A DNA stretch of 59,032 nt, filler included. It is 6 parts of 6 records of this genome, joined end to end, with 100 filler letters (N's around TTAATTAATTAA, not from the genome) between each part and the next. Parts side by side here need not be neighbours in the genome. Positions count along the whole stretch, not along the records: positions 46,540 to 53,526 come from SRR22947725_1546; positions 53,627 to 59,032 come from SRR22947725_1550; 4 more parts are not named here. One strand, given 5' to 3'. The notes below the pieces were generated by a model that worked only from the letters and a program-made list of their open reading frames with translations, was not told the origin of the DNA and did no database searches. Of the stretch, positions 46,936-57,826 are shown in pieces. Numbering within the stretch: position 1 is the first letter of the stretch; every line of letters begins with the position of its first letter. Made by a program: the position numbers and the translations under genes.

Positions 46936-48399
46936 TTAAGTACAATCCTGCCATAGGTTTTTCTTTTCAATCATATCGCTTACACAAGAGGGGAGGCTTT
47001 CTTTCCAGCCTTCTTCCCGATTACAAACTAATTTAAAGATATCCCGAGAAAAAAGGTTCATGTTTGTCCGGTCACAATTTTCAATGGTAACAAGAAAACC
47101 GTTTTCTCGAATATATTTATATAAATTACGGAGATTACCTGCCACAAGAAGGTTATCAATCGTGAGTAGTCCATCCTGTTCTTCGACCAAATCTGTTTCC
47201 ACATTATCACCAATTCCCATTTGTAATCGATAGCGTTCGAAGTTTTTTAATTCGATCGGATAAGCATAAATCTTCACATTGTCCTTAAACAGTTTCCCAA
47301 AGGCTTCCAGGATGCCCCCTTCCAAGTTGGAGTAGTAGTCTTCTTTGAAAATATCGGCTAGATTATTGAGACCTAATACTAGACCAATTGGTTTTTTAAC
47401 ATATCTTCTCAGGTAGGAAGAGAGTTTGAAATATTCCAAATAATTCGAAACCAACACACCATATCCGCATGAATTAATTACTTCAATTCGAGAGATAAAG
47501 TCATCATAGTCGATGTCCCCCTCATTAATGAGACTTCGAAGAGTCAATTCCATGAATACTTCCACACTGCTTTCCTCAACATCCTCGCGAGCAACGAATT
47601 GAACCTTTGCTTTTTCAAGCATATCTAAATTAACCTTGGTGAGTGGTCGAAAGCTTCCCCGTTCAATTAAGCATGCTTTTTTGTATAGATTCTCTGAGGG
47701 TTGTACCACATGACCGGAAGAATTGAACATAATGGCATGAGTCAGACCTTTTTCGGTGAGTTTGAGGCACAATACCCGATTATCAACCAAGTCGAAGGAG
47801 GGGCCATTAAACTCAATCATATCGACCTCTATTCGACCGATACCCAAACTGTCGCTTAAACTATCAATAAATGCATCTGGGTCATGATTAAGATGCATGG
47901 CGCCGTATACTAAATTAACCCCCAGGATTCCGATTGCTTCTTGTTGGAGTTGGTTATCAGTATCCAGCATTCGGACATGGAGGATAATATCGTGATGCGG
48001 CGACAAGGGAGAAATTTGAAACCTGATCCCCATCCAACCATGGCATTCGTTTGTTTTACTAAAGTTGAGTGCAGAAACGGTATTGGAGAATGCAAAAAAA
48101 GTACTTTCTCCGCCCCTCGCATCCGATAGGCGTTCGTCTAAAAGCTCATATTCATGAGCCATCATTTGAACGAGCCTCTTTCGAGAAACATATCGACCCG
48201 CTTCTCCGTAAATTGCATCGCTAAACTTCATGTCATAGGCCGAAATGGTCTTCGCTACGGTTCCTGCGGCTCCGCCCGCTTGGAAAAAGTGACGGGCCAC
48301 CTCTTGCCCGGCACCAATCTCTGCGAATGTGCCATACTTGGAAGAATCTAAATTGATGCGGAGTGCTTTTCGATCCGCTGAAAGCTCTTGGTCGTTCAT
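46936..48399 (-). CDS. uncharacterised PncC/CinA-like plus nucleotidyltransferase-like two-domain protein
   Basis: YGTFAEIGAGQEVAR...SAYD..FSDAIYG, CHGWMGIRFQ, RGSFRP; no signal peptide or beta-barrel. Confidence 0.65.
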   Translation of the reverse strand: MNDQELSADRKALRINLDSSKYGTFAEIGAGQEVARHFFQAGGAAGTVAKTISAYDMKFSDAIYGEAGRYVSRKRLVQMMAHEYELLDERLSDARGGESTFFAFSNTVSALNFSKTNECHGWMGIRFQISPLSPHHDIILHVRMLDTDNQLQQEAIGILGVNLVYGAMHLNHDPDAFIDSLSDSLGIGRIEVDMIEFNGPSFDLVDNRVLCLKLTEKGLTHAIMFNSSGHVVQPSENLYKKACLIERGSFRPLTKVNLDMLEKAKVQFVAREDVEESSVEVFMELTLRSLINEGDIDYDDFISRIEVINSCGYGVLVSNYLEYFKLSSYLRRYVKKPIGLVLGLNNLADIFKEDYYSNLEGGILEAFGKLFKDNVKIYAYPIELKNFERYRLQMGIGDNVETDLVEEQDGLLTIDNLLVAGNLRNLYKYIRENGFLVTIENCDRTNMNLFSRDIFKLVCNREEGWKESLPSCVSDMIEKKNLWQDCT

Positions 48400-48487
48400 A
48401 CCCAAGAATAAATGTGTTCTTTTTTCGATACAGGCAAAGTTTTTCTTCGACCTTCTTCAAAAAGAGGTGTTTTCTTGCGAAAGTTAT

Positions 48488-50335
48488 ATGAAAAAATTTT
48501 TAAAAGATGTATTGAAAAGAATGGCGGTCACCTTTGTGTCGACCATTCTATTTTTGTTAATCTCCCTGTTCTTATTTGAGGCTATTTTTTCCGCATTATT
48601 GGATAAAGACAAACCGGAAGCAGTGAAGGGTTCTTACTTGGTTCTCGATCTTTCTATGAATTTGACTGATCGCCCGTCCGAATTGAGCCTTGAGGACATT
48701 ACTAAAGAAGCGATTACCGACGAGCGAAAACCGCCCAGTTTTCATTTGAAGGAAGTTCTCGATGCAATCGAAAAAGCACAGACCGATCCCAAAATTACAG
48801 GGATTTTTGTCAAGGGAAGCTTTAGACCTGATGCCTATGGATGTGGGTACTCGGCAATTCACGAATTGATTCAGGGGCTTAAGGATTTTAAGAAAACAGA
48901 GAAGCGAATTCTCGGCTTTTTCTCCGCCCCATCGCAGTTGGATTATTTAGTATATTCAATTTGTGATGAATTACACATGAACCCAAGTGGAACATTAATT
49001 TTAAATGGATTAGCGAATGAACAGGTCTTCTTTGGAGAAGCTTTTGAGAGGTATGGAGTGGGAGTCCAAGTTGTTCGGGTCGGAGAATTCAAGGGTGCAG
49101 TTGAGCCCTTTATCTCGACCCAATTCAGTGAAGAGAACCGAATGCAGATTGCTCGTTTATTGGAACTACGCTGGACTAACTATTTAAACACAATTTCTCT
49201 GCATCGCGGTATTGAAAAAGAGGAATTAGTCATGGAACAGAATCAAACCTTTCTTTTCTCCCCTGAGTCTTGCAAAGAAAAAGGATTGGTCGATTTTATC
49301 ACTCCTCATGGGAAAATGTTAGACACTCTATTGAAATTAGGGGTGGAAGATGAAGATTCGGAGGAATATGCCCATGTTGATCTTATCGATTATGTGGATC
49401 GTTCTTCCTCTACTTTAGAAAAAGATTCTTCCCCGGAAATTGTCGAAGCCAAGCTCGCCCTTGTTTATATTGAAGGTACTATTGTGGAGGGGGGGGGAGA
49501 CGATGGCTCGACTGTGGGAGGAGATGAAATTGCCCAGCGCATTCGTGAAATTGCAAGAGATGACGATTACAAGGCCATTATCTTACGGGTCAATAGTCCT
49601 GGTGGAAGTGTCTCTGGCTCGGATGCAATTTTGAGCGAACTTTCTCGTGCCCGGGCTGGAGGATTGCCCATTGTAGTTTCCATGGGGTCAGTTGCAGCTT
49701 CTGGCGGATATTGGGTTGCGATGGATTCGGACAGGATATTTGCCCATGAACAGACGATTACTGGTTCGATTGGAGTGTTTGGATTGTTGCCTAATGTAAA
49801 GGATCTAATGAAAAATTTCAGTCTTCATTGGGATGTGGTGAAAACACATCAATCAGCAGATTTAATGGGTGTATCCCGACCGAAAACTTCCGATGAATTA
49901 AGTATTGTTCAACAATATGTGGGTCGAATCTATGATCGTTTTATTAATTTAGTCAGCTCCAATAGAGACATTAATGCAAGCCGAGTTGCCGAGATTGCCC
50001 AGGGTCGTGTTTGGATGGGGGTAGATGCACTAGAACTAGGTTTGATTGACGAACTGGGTGGATTGAAAGAAGCAATTGCTCATGGGGTGGCACTATCCGG
50101 AGTGGATGAGTATGAAATCGTTGAGTTTCCTGCACTTCGAAATCCAATGGATACCATTACAGAAATCTTCGATGTTCAATCATTCAGGATGAATGGTTCT
50201 GCTCACGATTCTCCACTTCTTCGCACGGTAAAAGAAATGAAGGGTTTTATTAAACAAATAGAATCTTTAAACGACCCCAGGCATTCCTACTCAATTCTTC
50301 CCTGGTATCGTGGAGGTTTTGGTTTTTCACAATAA
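48488..50335 (+). CDS. sppA: signal peptide peptidase SppA (67 kDa type)
   Basis: N-terminal TM, GEFKGAVEPF, RVNSPGGS, SMGSVAASGGYW, TGSIGV, GRVWMG; start reset to the ATG at 48488. Confidence 0.93.
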   Translation: MKKFLKDVLKRMAVTFVSTILFLLISLFLFEAIFSALLDKDKPEAVKGSYLVLDLSMNLTDRPSELSLEDITKEAITDERKPPSFHLKEVLDAIEKAQTDPKITGIFVKGSFRPDAYGCGYSAIHELIQGLKDFKKTEKRILGFFSAPSQLDYLVYSICDELHMNPSGTLILNGLANEQVFFGEAFERYGVGVQVVRVGEFKGAVEPFISTQFSEENRMQIARLLELRWTNYLNTISLHRGIEKEELVMEQNQTFLFSPESCKEKGLVDFITPHGKMLDTLLKLGVEDEDSEEYAHVDLIDYVDRSSSTLEKDSSPEIVEAKLALVYIEGTIVEGGGDDGSTVGGDEIAQRIREIARDDDYKAIILRVNSPGGSVSGSDAILSELSRARAGGLPIVVSMGSVAASGGYWVAMDSDRIFAHEQTITGSIGVFGLLPNVKDLMKNFSLHWDVVKTHQSADLMGVSRPKTSDELSIVQQYVGRIYDRFINLVSSNRDINASRVAEIAQGRVWMGVDALELGLIDELGGLKEAIAHGVALSGVDEYEIVEFPALRNPMDTITEIFDVQSFRMNGSAHDSPLLRTVKEMKGFIKQIESLNDPRHSYSILPWYRGGFGFSQ

Positions 50336-50362
50336 TTCATATTTAATTTTATTAATCCACCT

Positions 50363-50908
50363 ATGAAAAAAGAAGTCACACTAGTCAAAAATTGTATTGC
50401 CACTATTATACCCGCCGGGGATGAAGTTACTCTTGCCGAGGGAGTCACCTACAGCATTGCCCAGTCTTTAGGAGGGTCTGTCACTCTACGCGATGCCAAT
50501 GGAATGTATCGGGTGGGGGAGGGCGAACTTTCGGCACTTGGGGAAGAGATTAAAAAGGAGGTTACCGCGGAGAGAGAAGTAGAATCGAGCGAGAAGCCCT
50601 TTAGCGTGGAGGTGGTATGGGATGCATTGAGAGGATGTTATGACCCTGAGATTCCGGTTAATATTGTCGACTTAGGCTTAGTGTATGATCTCAAAATAAG
50701 TGGAGAAGAAGACAGTAGGATCGTCGAGGTAAAGATGACTTTAACCGCACAGGGATGTGGTATGGGGCCGGTAATCGCGGAAGATGCCAAAACTAGAATT
50801 GAAAGCCTCCCTCAAGTCAATGAAGTGACTGTCGATATCGTATGGGAACCAGCCTGGAATCCTAGAATGATGTCAGAAGAAGGAAAAAAAGTGCTCGGAT
50901 TAGAATAA
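50363..50908 (+). CDS. sufT: Fe-S cluster assembly protein SufT (DUF59)
   Basis: QSLGGSVT N-terminal domain; YDPEIPVNIVDLGLVY, MTLTAQGCGMG, WEPAW. Confidence 0.88.
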   Translation: MKKEVTLVKNCIATIIPAGDEVTLAEGVTYSIAQSLGGSVTLRDANGMYRVGEGELSALGEEIKKEVTAEREVESSEKPFSVEVVWDALRGCYDPEIPVNIVDLGLVYDLKISGEEDSRIVEVKMTLTAQGCGMGPVIAEDAKTRIESLPQVNEVTVDIVWEPAWNPRMMSEEGKKVLGLE

Positions 50909-50918
50909 TTTTCTCGGA

Positions 50919-52151
50919 CTAATTTTTAATATCATAGCACAGGATATATTCCTGATCGCGAAGATATAACTTTCCATCACAAATTACAGGGTGTGTCCAA
51001 ATTCTTCCCTTGGGGTTTCTTTTCTTAGTTTGTGGAGAAATGGTAAACTCACCATGTGTTTTCCATCCTGTTGGACTTGCATCTATCAGTATCAGTCTGC
51101 CATCTCCTTCTCCTTGGCAGTAAAGTCGGTTATCTGCATAGGCGATCGCACCTTTTCCCAGTGCTTTTTTTTCATTCCATATTAATTCACCAGTCTTGAA
51201 ATCCTGGCATACCCAACCCACTCCGTCTGAATAACCGTACAGGTGCTCTCCGACTTTAATTACTCCGCCATGATGGTTTTTCATTACTTTATTTTCATAA
51301 ACATTGGTCGGATAGTTATCGCCTAATTTTACTAATTTACACCCCACTCCATATCCGGAGGTAACATATACATGGCCATTACTAAAAATGGGGGTTGGAA
51401 TTACTGCCACCTTTCCCGGCCAAGTTGACTTCCATAAGACAGATCCATTTCCGGGGTCAATTCCCACTATATTTTTCATAACTAGTTGAACATATTGTTT
51501 TTTGCCCTGGTGCATGATTGAAATGGGGGAAGAGTACTGGGCTCCATCAGTGAAACTTTTTGTCCTCCAAATAGTCCTTCCTGAATCTGCATCGAGGGCG
51601 GCAATTGCTCCGTCTTTCCCTCCGGGGGTACAAATTACTTTCCCTTGGTCGACTAATACAGATTCTGTGTACCCCCACCCGGGGACTTTTCCACCGAGGT
51701 CATCAACTAAGCTTTTTTTCCAAACTAGCTTACCATTTTTCGCCAGAACACATAGTAAGTTTCCCCTTGCTCCCAGGGCATAAATTTTACCATTCGAAAT
51801 AGTGGGACTCATCCTCGGTCCATCCCCCCATCCATTTGTAAGAAGTTCACCCACATGAACTTCCCATAATTTTTCTCCTGAAGATGAATTATAGGCAAGT
51901 AGCATTTCTTTTTTATCGAACGCACCCATTGTGTAAAGTGAGCCCGCTTGCACAGTAACACCTGAGTATCCCAGTCCGGCATCATTCACGGTCCACATTT
52001 TTTTCGGTCCGCCCTCGGGCCAATCTTGAAGAAGGCCCTTTTCCATTGTCACTCCTGTTCGATTTTCTCCACGCCAGGAAGGCCAATCGAACGACCAAAG
52101 AGAAAATGAAAAACAGGTAAGTACCAAGAGACTAAATAATAACGATTTCAT
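50919..52151 (-). CDS. exported PQQ-like beta-propeller protein (BamB-like repeats)
   Basis: Signal peptide, DWPSWRG, repeated 'G..W' propeller motifs, WTHPVI..GKLYLRD; typical of PVC bacteria. Confidence 0.88.
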   Translation of the reverse strand: MKSLLFSLLVLTCFSFSLWSFDWPSWRGENRTGVTMEKGLLQDWPEGGPKKMWTVNDAGLGYSGVTVQAGSLYTMGAFDKKEMLLAYNSSSGEKLWEVHVGELLTNGWGDGPRMSPTISNGKIYALGARGNLLCVLAKNGKLVWKKSLVDDLGGKVPGWGYTESVLVDQGKVICTPGGKDGAIAALDADSGRTIWRTKSFTDGAQYSSPISIMHQGKKQYVQLVMKNIVGIDPGNGSVLWKSTWPGKVAVIPTPIFSNGHVYVTSGYGVGCKLVKLGDNYPTNVYENKVMKNHHGGVIKVGEHLYGYSDGVGWVCQDFKTGELIWNEKKALGKGAIAYADNRLYCQGEGDGRLILIDASPTGWKTHGEFTISPQTKKRNPKGRIWTHPVICDGKLYLRDQEYILCYDIKN

Positions 52152-52214
52152 ACTGTAAAGTTTTTAGCTCATTAAATGAAGGGCAACAATAATTTCGATT
52201 CCCATCGCATATTT

Positions 52215-52249
52215 ATAAACAAAGAAGGAGTCACCTTAGTGACTCCTTC
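52215..52249 (-). terminator. intrinsic terminator of the Gfo/Idh/MocA gene
   Basis: 11-bp perfect stem GAAGGAGTCAC-ctta-GTGACTCCTTC followed by TTTGTTTAT on the minus strand. Confidence 0.8.
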
Positions 52250-52273
52250 CCAGTTAAAGTTTGTTGGTTTTAA

Positions 52274-53446
52274 TCACTTTGCTTTGATTTTTCCCACTTT
52301 TTTCCAACGACCAGATTTGGCAGAGTCAAGAACTGCTTCACAGATGTATTGTGTTTCTAAAGCATCTCGGAAATCAGGGCGGTTTGGACGTTTTTTACGC
52401 GACCCGTAACCTTCGACAAAGTCAGCGAACTGATTAATGAAACTATGCTCATAGCCAATATTCAATCCAGGCACCCACCACTTATCCATGTAAGGATGGT
52501 CACCTCCATTATCAGTCACATGAATTGAACGCCAACCACGAGTCTTAGGATCCTCTTTGTCGTAATCATAATATTCAAGACGGTGTAAATCGTGTAGATC
52601 CCAAGCAAGAGAGCCATCTGCACCATTGATTTCAAGAGTATACAATGCTTTGTGCCCACGGGCATAACGAGTTGATTCAAAAATCGCGAGCGATCCATTA
52701 GCAAAGCGAGCAAGGAAAGCACAGGCATCATCAATCGTGACCTTTTGCTTCTTTCCCGTCTTGGCATGAACGCGTTCCTTCACAAAAGTCTCAGTCATTG
52801 CACTGACTTCAACAATCGGACCATTCAACCATATTGCAGTGTCAATACAGTGAGCAAGAAGATCACCAGTAACACCACTACCGGCAACTTTTGCATCCAA
52901 TCTCCATAACCCTTCACCACCTTGCTCAAGACCGGCGTCGATAGTCCAGTCCTGAAGGAAGTTGGATCGGTAATGATATATTTTTCCTAGACGACCTTCC
53001 TCAATCATGTTTTTGGCGAGGGAAACAGCAGGGATTCGGCGATAATTATACCAAACCATATTAGGCACCTTCGCTTTTTCAACCTCGCGGACCATTTCTT
53101 CGCCCTCTTTACAGTCAAGAGCAAGTGGCTTTTCGCATAAAATAGCTTTTCCTGCTTTGGCGGCAGCGATTGCAATTTCGTGGTGTACATTATTGGGTGC
53201 TGCAATGTCAATTACATCAATATCATCGCGATCAATGAGCTTCCGCCAATCAGTTTCAACTGATTCGTAGCCCCATTGGGAGGCAAATGCTTCGGCACGG
53301 TCTTTATTACGAGCGCAAACCGCGGCAAGTTGAGGTTCATATTTTAAATCGAAGAAATTGGGTACCTTACGAAATGCATTCGAATGGGTTCTTCCCATGA
53401 ATCCGTAGCCAATTAGTCCGATACGTAATGGTTTTTTTGTAGCCAT
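52274..53446 (-). CDS. Gfo/Idh/MocA family oxidoreductase
   Basis: [28 protein letters not shown]. Confidence 0.93.
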   Translation of the reverse strand: MATKKPLRIGLIGYGFMGRTHSNAFRKVPNFFDLKYEPQLAAVCARNKDRAEAFASQWGYESVETDWRKLIDRDDIDVIDIAAPNNVHHEIAIAAAKAGKAILCEKPLALDCKEGEEMVREVEKAKVPNMVWYNYRRIPAVSLAKNMIEEGRLGKIYHYRSNFLQDWTIDAGLEQGGEGLWRLDAKVAGSGVTGDLLAHCIDTAIWLNGPIVEVSAMTETFVKERVHAKTGKKQKVTIDDACAFLARFANGSLAIFESTRYARGHKALYTLEINGADGSLAWDLHDLHRLEYYDYDKEDPKTRGWRSIHVTDNGGDHPYMDKWWVPGLNIGYEHSFINQFADFVEGYGSRKKRPNRPDFRDALETQYICEAVLDSAKSGRWKKVGKIKAK

Positions 53447-53494
53447 AATTTTATATATATAAGTTTAGTTAGTTAATTAAAGGGTGGGAGAAAC

Positions 53495-53526
53495 AAAAAA
53501 ACCATATCCCAAAGGATATGGCTTTT
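53495..53526. terminator. terminator-like hairpin at the contig end
   Basis: A7-CCATATCC-caaa-GGATATGG-CTTTT. Confidence 0.6.
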
Positions 53527-53626
53527 NNNNNNNNNNNNNNNNNNNNNNNNNNNNNNNNNNNNNNNNNNNNTTAATTAATTAANNNNNNNNNNNNNNNNNN
53601 NNNNNNNNNNNNNNNNNNNNNNNNNN
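53527..53626. other. artificial contig spacer
   Basis: 44 N + TTAATTAATTAA + 44 N. Confidence 0.99.
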
Positions 53627-53691
53627 TTCACCAGCAGTTGGGTCGACTCATTATTTATAATGCCAAGTCAAATATTTTCTATGGAGGGAAA

Positions 53692-54282
53692 ATGTGGTTA
53701 GAAAAAATTCAACACATTGCTACACTAGCTCGATTTAGGTACCAGCCAGATCAACTGTTAATTATATCCATAGATGGCTGTGGTGGTGCAGGAAAGACAA
53801 CTTTTTGCCAAGCTCTGGCACTAGAAATAGAGTCTTGGGCCCATCCTCAGGTGCTTAAGTTAGATGATTTCTATCATCCCTTAACGCCAACTCAAAGAAA
53901 AAAACTGCAACAACGGCAAGCTTGTGAAGGGTATTTTAACGTCACTGAATTCAAAAAAAACATACTCAATCCATTAACTAATGGCATTAAGGTTGGCTAC
54001 AAGCCTTATGACTGGTTAGGGGGGGAAAGTAATCAAACACTTGAATTATTACCCTCTGGGGTGTTGTTAATTGATGGGGTGTATGCCTTTAGTGAACCCC
54101 TACGCGACATGATACAACTCTCTATATTTGTTGATACGCCTGAACAGTTGCGTAAACAAAGACTGCTCGCGCGACCGCAGCTAGATACAGATTGGGTAGA
54201 TCATTGGCAGACGACTGAAACCTGGCATCATCAGCAGCAACAAACCGTGAGCGCTACCGATTTTGTGCTGCTGGGGTCTTAG
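53692..54282 (+). CDS. uridine-kinase-like P-loop protein
   Basis: IDGCGGAGKTT, LDDFY, LLIDGVYA, IFVD; GGAGG RBS before the ATG at 53692. Confidence 0.75.
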   Translation: MWLEKIQHIATLARFRYQPDQLLIISIDGCGGAGKTTFCQALALEIESWAHPQVLKLDDFYHPLTPTQRKKLQQRQACEGYFNVTEFKKNILNPLTNGIKVGYKPYDWLGGESNQTLELLPSGVLLIDGVYAFSEPLRDMIQLSIFVDTPEQLRKQRLLARPQLDTDWVDHWQTTETWHHQQQQTVSATDFVLLGS

Positions 54283-54292
54283 AAATCGCAGC

Positions 54293-55144
<852 letters not shown>

Positions 55145-55342
55145 TTAAAAATCCTTTGACGGCCAATTAATCGTTGGTTTCCATTGTATCAGGCGCTTTC
55201 TTGCAATCCCATATTTTCTTGATCAAGGGTATATTTATTGATTACAAAAAAACAACAAATAGGTATTTAGTTGGAGACTCACGGGTTGTCTGGCCTCGCA
55301 CTGTGTCAAGACTCAATGGCTAGTTTTTTGGTGATTTACAGC

Positions 55343-55371
55343 TTGATTTTATCTGATCAAATGTCTATATT
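55343..55371 (+). promoter_or_regulatory. sigma70 promoter of nrdAB
   Basis: TTGATT-17nt-TATATT, with the -10 element overlapped by NrdR box 1. Confidence 0.55.
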
Positions 55372-55409
55372 TGGTGTCGTATCTTGTTGTGAGGCACAAT
55401 ATATAGTGA
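55362..55409. promoter_or_regulatory. tandem NrdR boxes
   Basis: TGTCTATATTTGGTGT (55362-55377) and GCACAATATATAGTGA (55394-55409) match acaCwAtATaTwGtgt; starts 32 bp apart, upstream of nrdA. Confidence 0.85.
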
Positions 55410-55514
55410 TTTAGGGTGTTTTAATCACTAATTGCCAAAGCTTTCAATTATACCAAATTCCTTCAGCTTTTAAAGTTGGAAAAAATAAATGTCAACCAAG
55501 AAATAGGCAGATCA

Positions 55515-57773
55515 ATGCAAGGTTTGATGGTAACAAAGCGCAATGGACAACAAGAAAAAATTGACTTAGACAAGATCCATCGGGTCATAGACTGGGCTGC
55601 AGACGGCCTAGAGGATGTTTCGGTTTCTCAAGTTGAATTGAAGGCACAAATTCAATTCTTTGATGGCATTCGCACTTCAGATATCCACGAAACGATTATT
55701 AAATCCGCAGCCGATCTAATTTCTGAAGAGACGCCAGATTACCAATACATGGCTGCTCGCCTGGCTATTTTCCATCTTCGAAAGCGAGCTTTTGGCTGTT
55801 TTGAACCCCCTCACTTGGGCGCACACGTGAAGGAAATGGTGGCTCTCAAACGTTACGATAGTGACTTGCTGAAAGATTATACTGCGGCTGAATTCGACCA
55901 ACTTGATGCTTGTTTGGATCACTCCCGTGATATGAATTTCAGCTATGCAGCGGTCAAACAGATGGAAGGTAAGTACCTAGTACAAAATCGAGTGACAGGG
56001 CAAATTCACGAAAGTGCCCAAATTTTGTATATGTTGGTTGGTGCTTGCCTATTTTCTAACTACCCGAAGGCGACTCGTTTAGATTATGTGCAGCGGTTTT
56101 ACGATGCAGTGTCGCTATTTAAAATTTCTTTACCGACGCCTATAATGTCAGGGGTGCGCACCCCAACGCGTCAGTTTAGTTCCTGCGTACTCATAGAATG
56201 TGGTGATTCTTTAGACTCAATCAATGCCACGTCTTCCGCCATTATTAAATACGTGAGCCAGCGCGCAGGTATCGGTGTTAACGCTGGGCGGTTGCGGGCG
56301 CTGGGCAGTCCTATTCGTGGTGGAGAGGCATTCCACACGGGCATGATACCCTTCATCAAACACTTTCAAACAGCGGTCAAAAGCTGTTCACAAGGGGGAG
56401 TGCGGGGGGGAGCTGCGACTTTATTTTATCCCATATGGCATTTAGAAGTTGAGTCTTTATTGGTTTTAAAAAACAACCGTGGTGTAGAAGAAAACCGTGC
56501 GAGGCACATGGATTATGGGGTGCAGTTCAATCGGTTGATGTATACGCGCCTAATTAAAGGTGGCAATATCACCTTATTCAGTCCGTCAGATGTGCCTGGT
56601 CTGTACGATGCCTTCTTTGACGATCAGGACGAATTTGAAAGGCTCTACGCTATTTATGAGGTTGACGAAACGATTCGCAAGCGCACAGTTAAAGCGGTGG
56701 ATCTATTTAGTAAATTTGCGCAAGAGCGAGCTCAGACAGGACGTATTTATCTACAAAATGTGGACCATTGTAATACCCGGAGTGCTTTCGACCCGAAAAA
56801 AGCACCGGTACGTCAGAGTAACCTATGTTTAGAGATCACTTTGCCAACCTCACCATTGGACAGTATCGATGATGCAAGTGGTGAAATTGCCTTATGTACG
56901 CTATCGGCTTTTAATTTGGGTGCTTTAGACGATCTAGATGAATTGGAAAACCTAGCAGACCTAATCGTGCGGGCCTTAGATAGTTTGCTTGATTATCAAG
57001 AATACCCAGTTCCAGCTGCTTATGAAGCGAGTATGAAACGTCGCACACTGGGTGTGGGCGTGACCAACTTTGCCTATTACTTGGCTAAAAATGGGGCCAA
57101 GTATTCTGATGGATCTGGTAATGCGCTGACGCACCGCACGTTTGAAGCCGTTCAATACTACTTACTCCAAGCTTCGAGTCGTTTAGCACAAGAACAAGGG
57201 GCTTGCCCTGCCTATGGTGATACCTTTTACTCCCAAGGTGTAATGCCCATTGATAGTTACAAAAAAGACATCAATAAGTTCTGTGACCAAGAGTTGTTGC
57301 TAGATTGGGATGCGTTACGTCAGCAGATCAAAAATCATGGTCTACGCAATAGTACCCTCACAGCACTTATGCCTTGTGAGACGTCTAGTCAAATCACCAA
57401 CAGCACTAATGGTATTGAGCCTCCACGAGGTTATGTGAGTGTTAAGGCCAGCAAAGATGGTATCCTCAAACAAGTGGTGCCCGAATTTAAACGCCTGCGC
57501 AGTGCTTATGAGTTACTTTGGAACATTCCAAATAATGAAGGTTATTTACAGTTGGTAGGCATCATGCAAAAGTTTGTTGATCAGGCTATCTCTGCTAATA
57601 CCAACTACGATCCGGTGCGTTTTGAAAATGAAAAAGTACCTATGAAAATTTTATTAAAGGACCTTCTTACTGCATACAAGTATGGGGTTAAGACTTTGTA
57701 TTACCATAACACCCGTGATGGTGCTAATGATGAGCAAGATGATGGTTGTGACAGTGGTGCGTGTAAGCTCTAG
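55515..57773 (+). CDS. nrdA: class Ia ribonucleoside-diphosphate reductase alpha subunit
   Basis: ATP cone (VTKRNG), QFSSCV, QSNLCLEI, TLYY, C-terminal CDSGAC; ATG at 55515. Confidence 0.98.
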   Translation: MQGLMVTKRNGQQEKIDLDKIHRVIDWAADGLEDVSVSQVELKAQIQFFDGIRTSDIHETIIKSAADLISEETPDYQYMAARLAIFHLRKRAFGCFEPPHLGAHVKEMVALKRYDSDLLKDYTAAEFDQLDACLDHSRDMNFSYAAVKQMEGKYLVQNRVTGQIHESAQILYMLVGACLFSNYPKATRLDYVQRFYDAVSLFKISLPTPIMSGVRTPTRQFSSCVLIECGDSLDSINATSSAIIKYVSQRAGIGVNAGRLRALGSPIRGGEAFHTGMIPFIKHFQTAVKSCSQGGVRGGAATLFYPIWHLEVESLLVLKNNRGVEENRARHMDYGVQFNRLMYTRLIKGGNITLFSPSDVPGLYDAFFDDQDEFERLYAIYEVDETIRKRTVKAVDLFSKFAQERAQTGRIYLQNVDHCNTRSAFDPKKAPVRQSNLCLEITLPTSPLDSIDDASGEIALCTLSAFNLGALDDLDELENLADLIVRALDSLLDYQEYPVPAAYEASMKRRTLGVGVTNFAYYLAKNGAKYSDGSGNALTHRTFEAVQYYLLQASSRLAQEQGACPAYGDTFYSQGVMPIDSYKKDINKFCDQELLLDWDALRQQIKNHGLRNSTLTALMPCETSSQITNSTNGIEPPRGYVSVKASKDGILKQVVPEFKRLRSAYELLWNIPNNEGYLQLVGIMQKFVDQAISANTNYDPVRFENEKVPMKILLKDLLTAYKYGVKTLYYHNTRDGANDEQDDGCDSGACKL

Positions 57774-57826
57774 TGAGTAAAGCATCAAAAATACGATCGA
57801 TATAATTTTACACCTGCGAGATATAC

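Noticed and set aside
48329-48487. 53-aa N-terminal extension of SppA overlapping the divergent gene
   Set aside because: Longest-ORF artefact. MKKFLK at 48488 followed by a TM helix is the normal SppA start and removes the overlap.
14791-53626. Five identical TTAATTAATTAA elements flanked by N runs, which look like a repeat family
   Set aside because: They are synthetic 100-nt contig joiners. Composition and apparent taxonomy change across them, so no cross-spacer operon or horizontal-transfer claim is valid.
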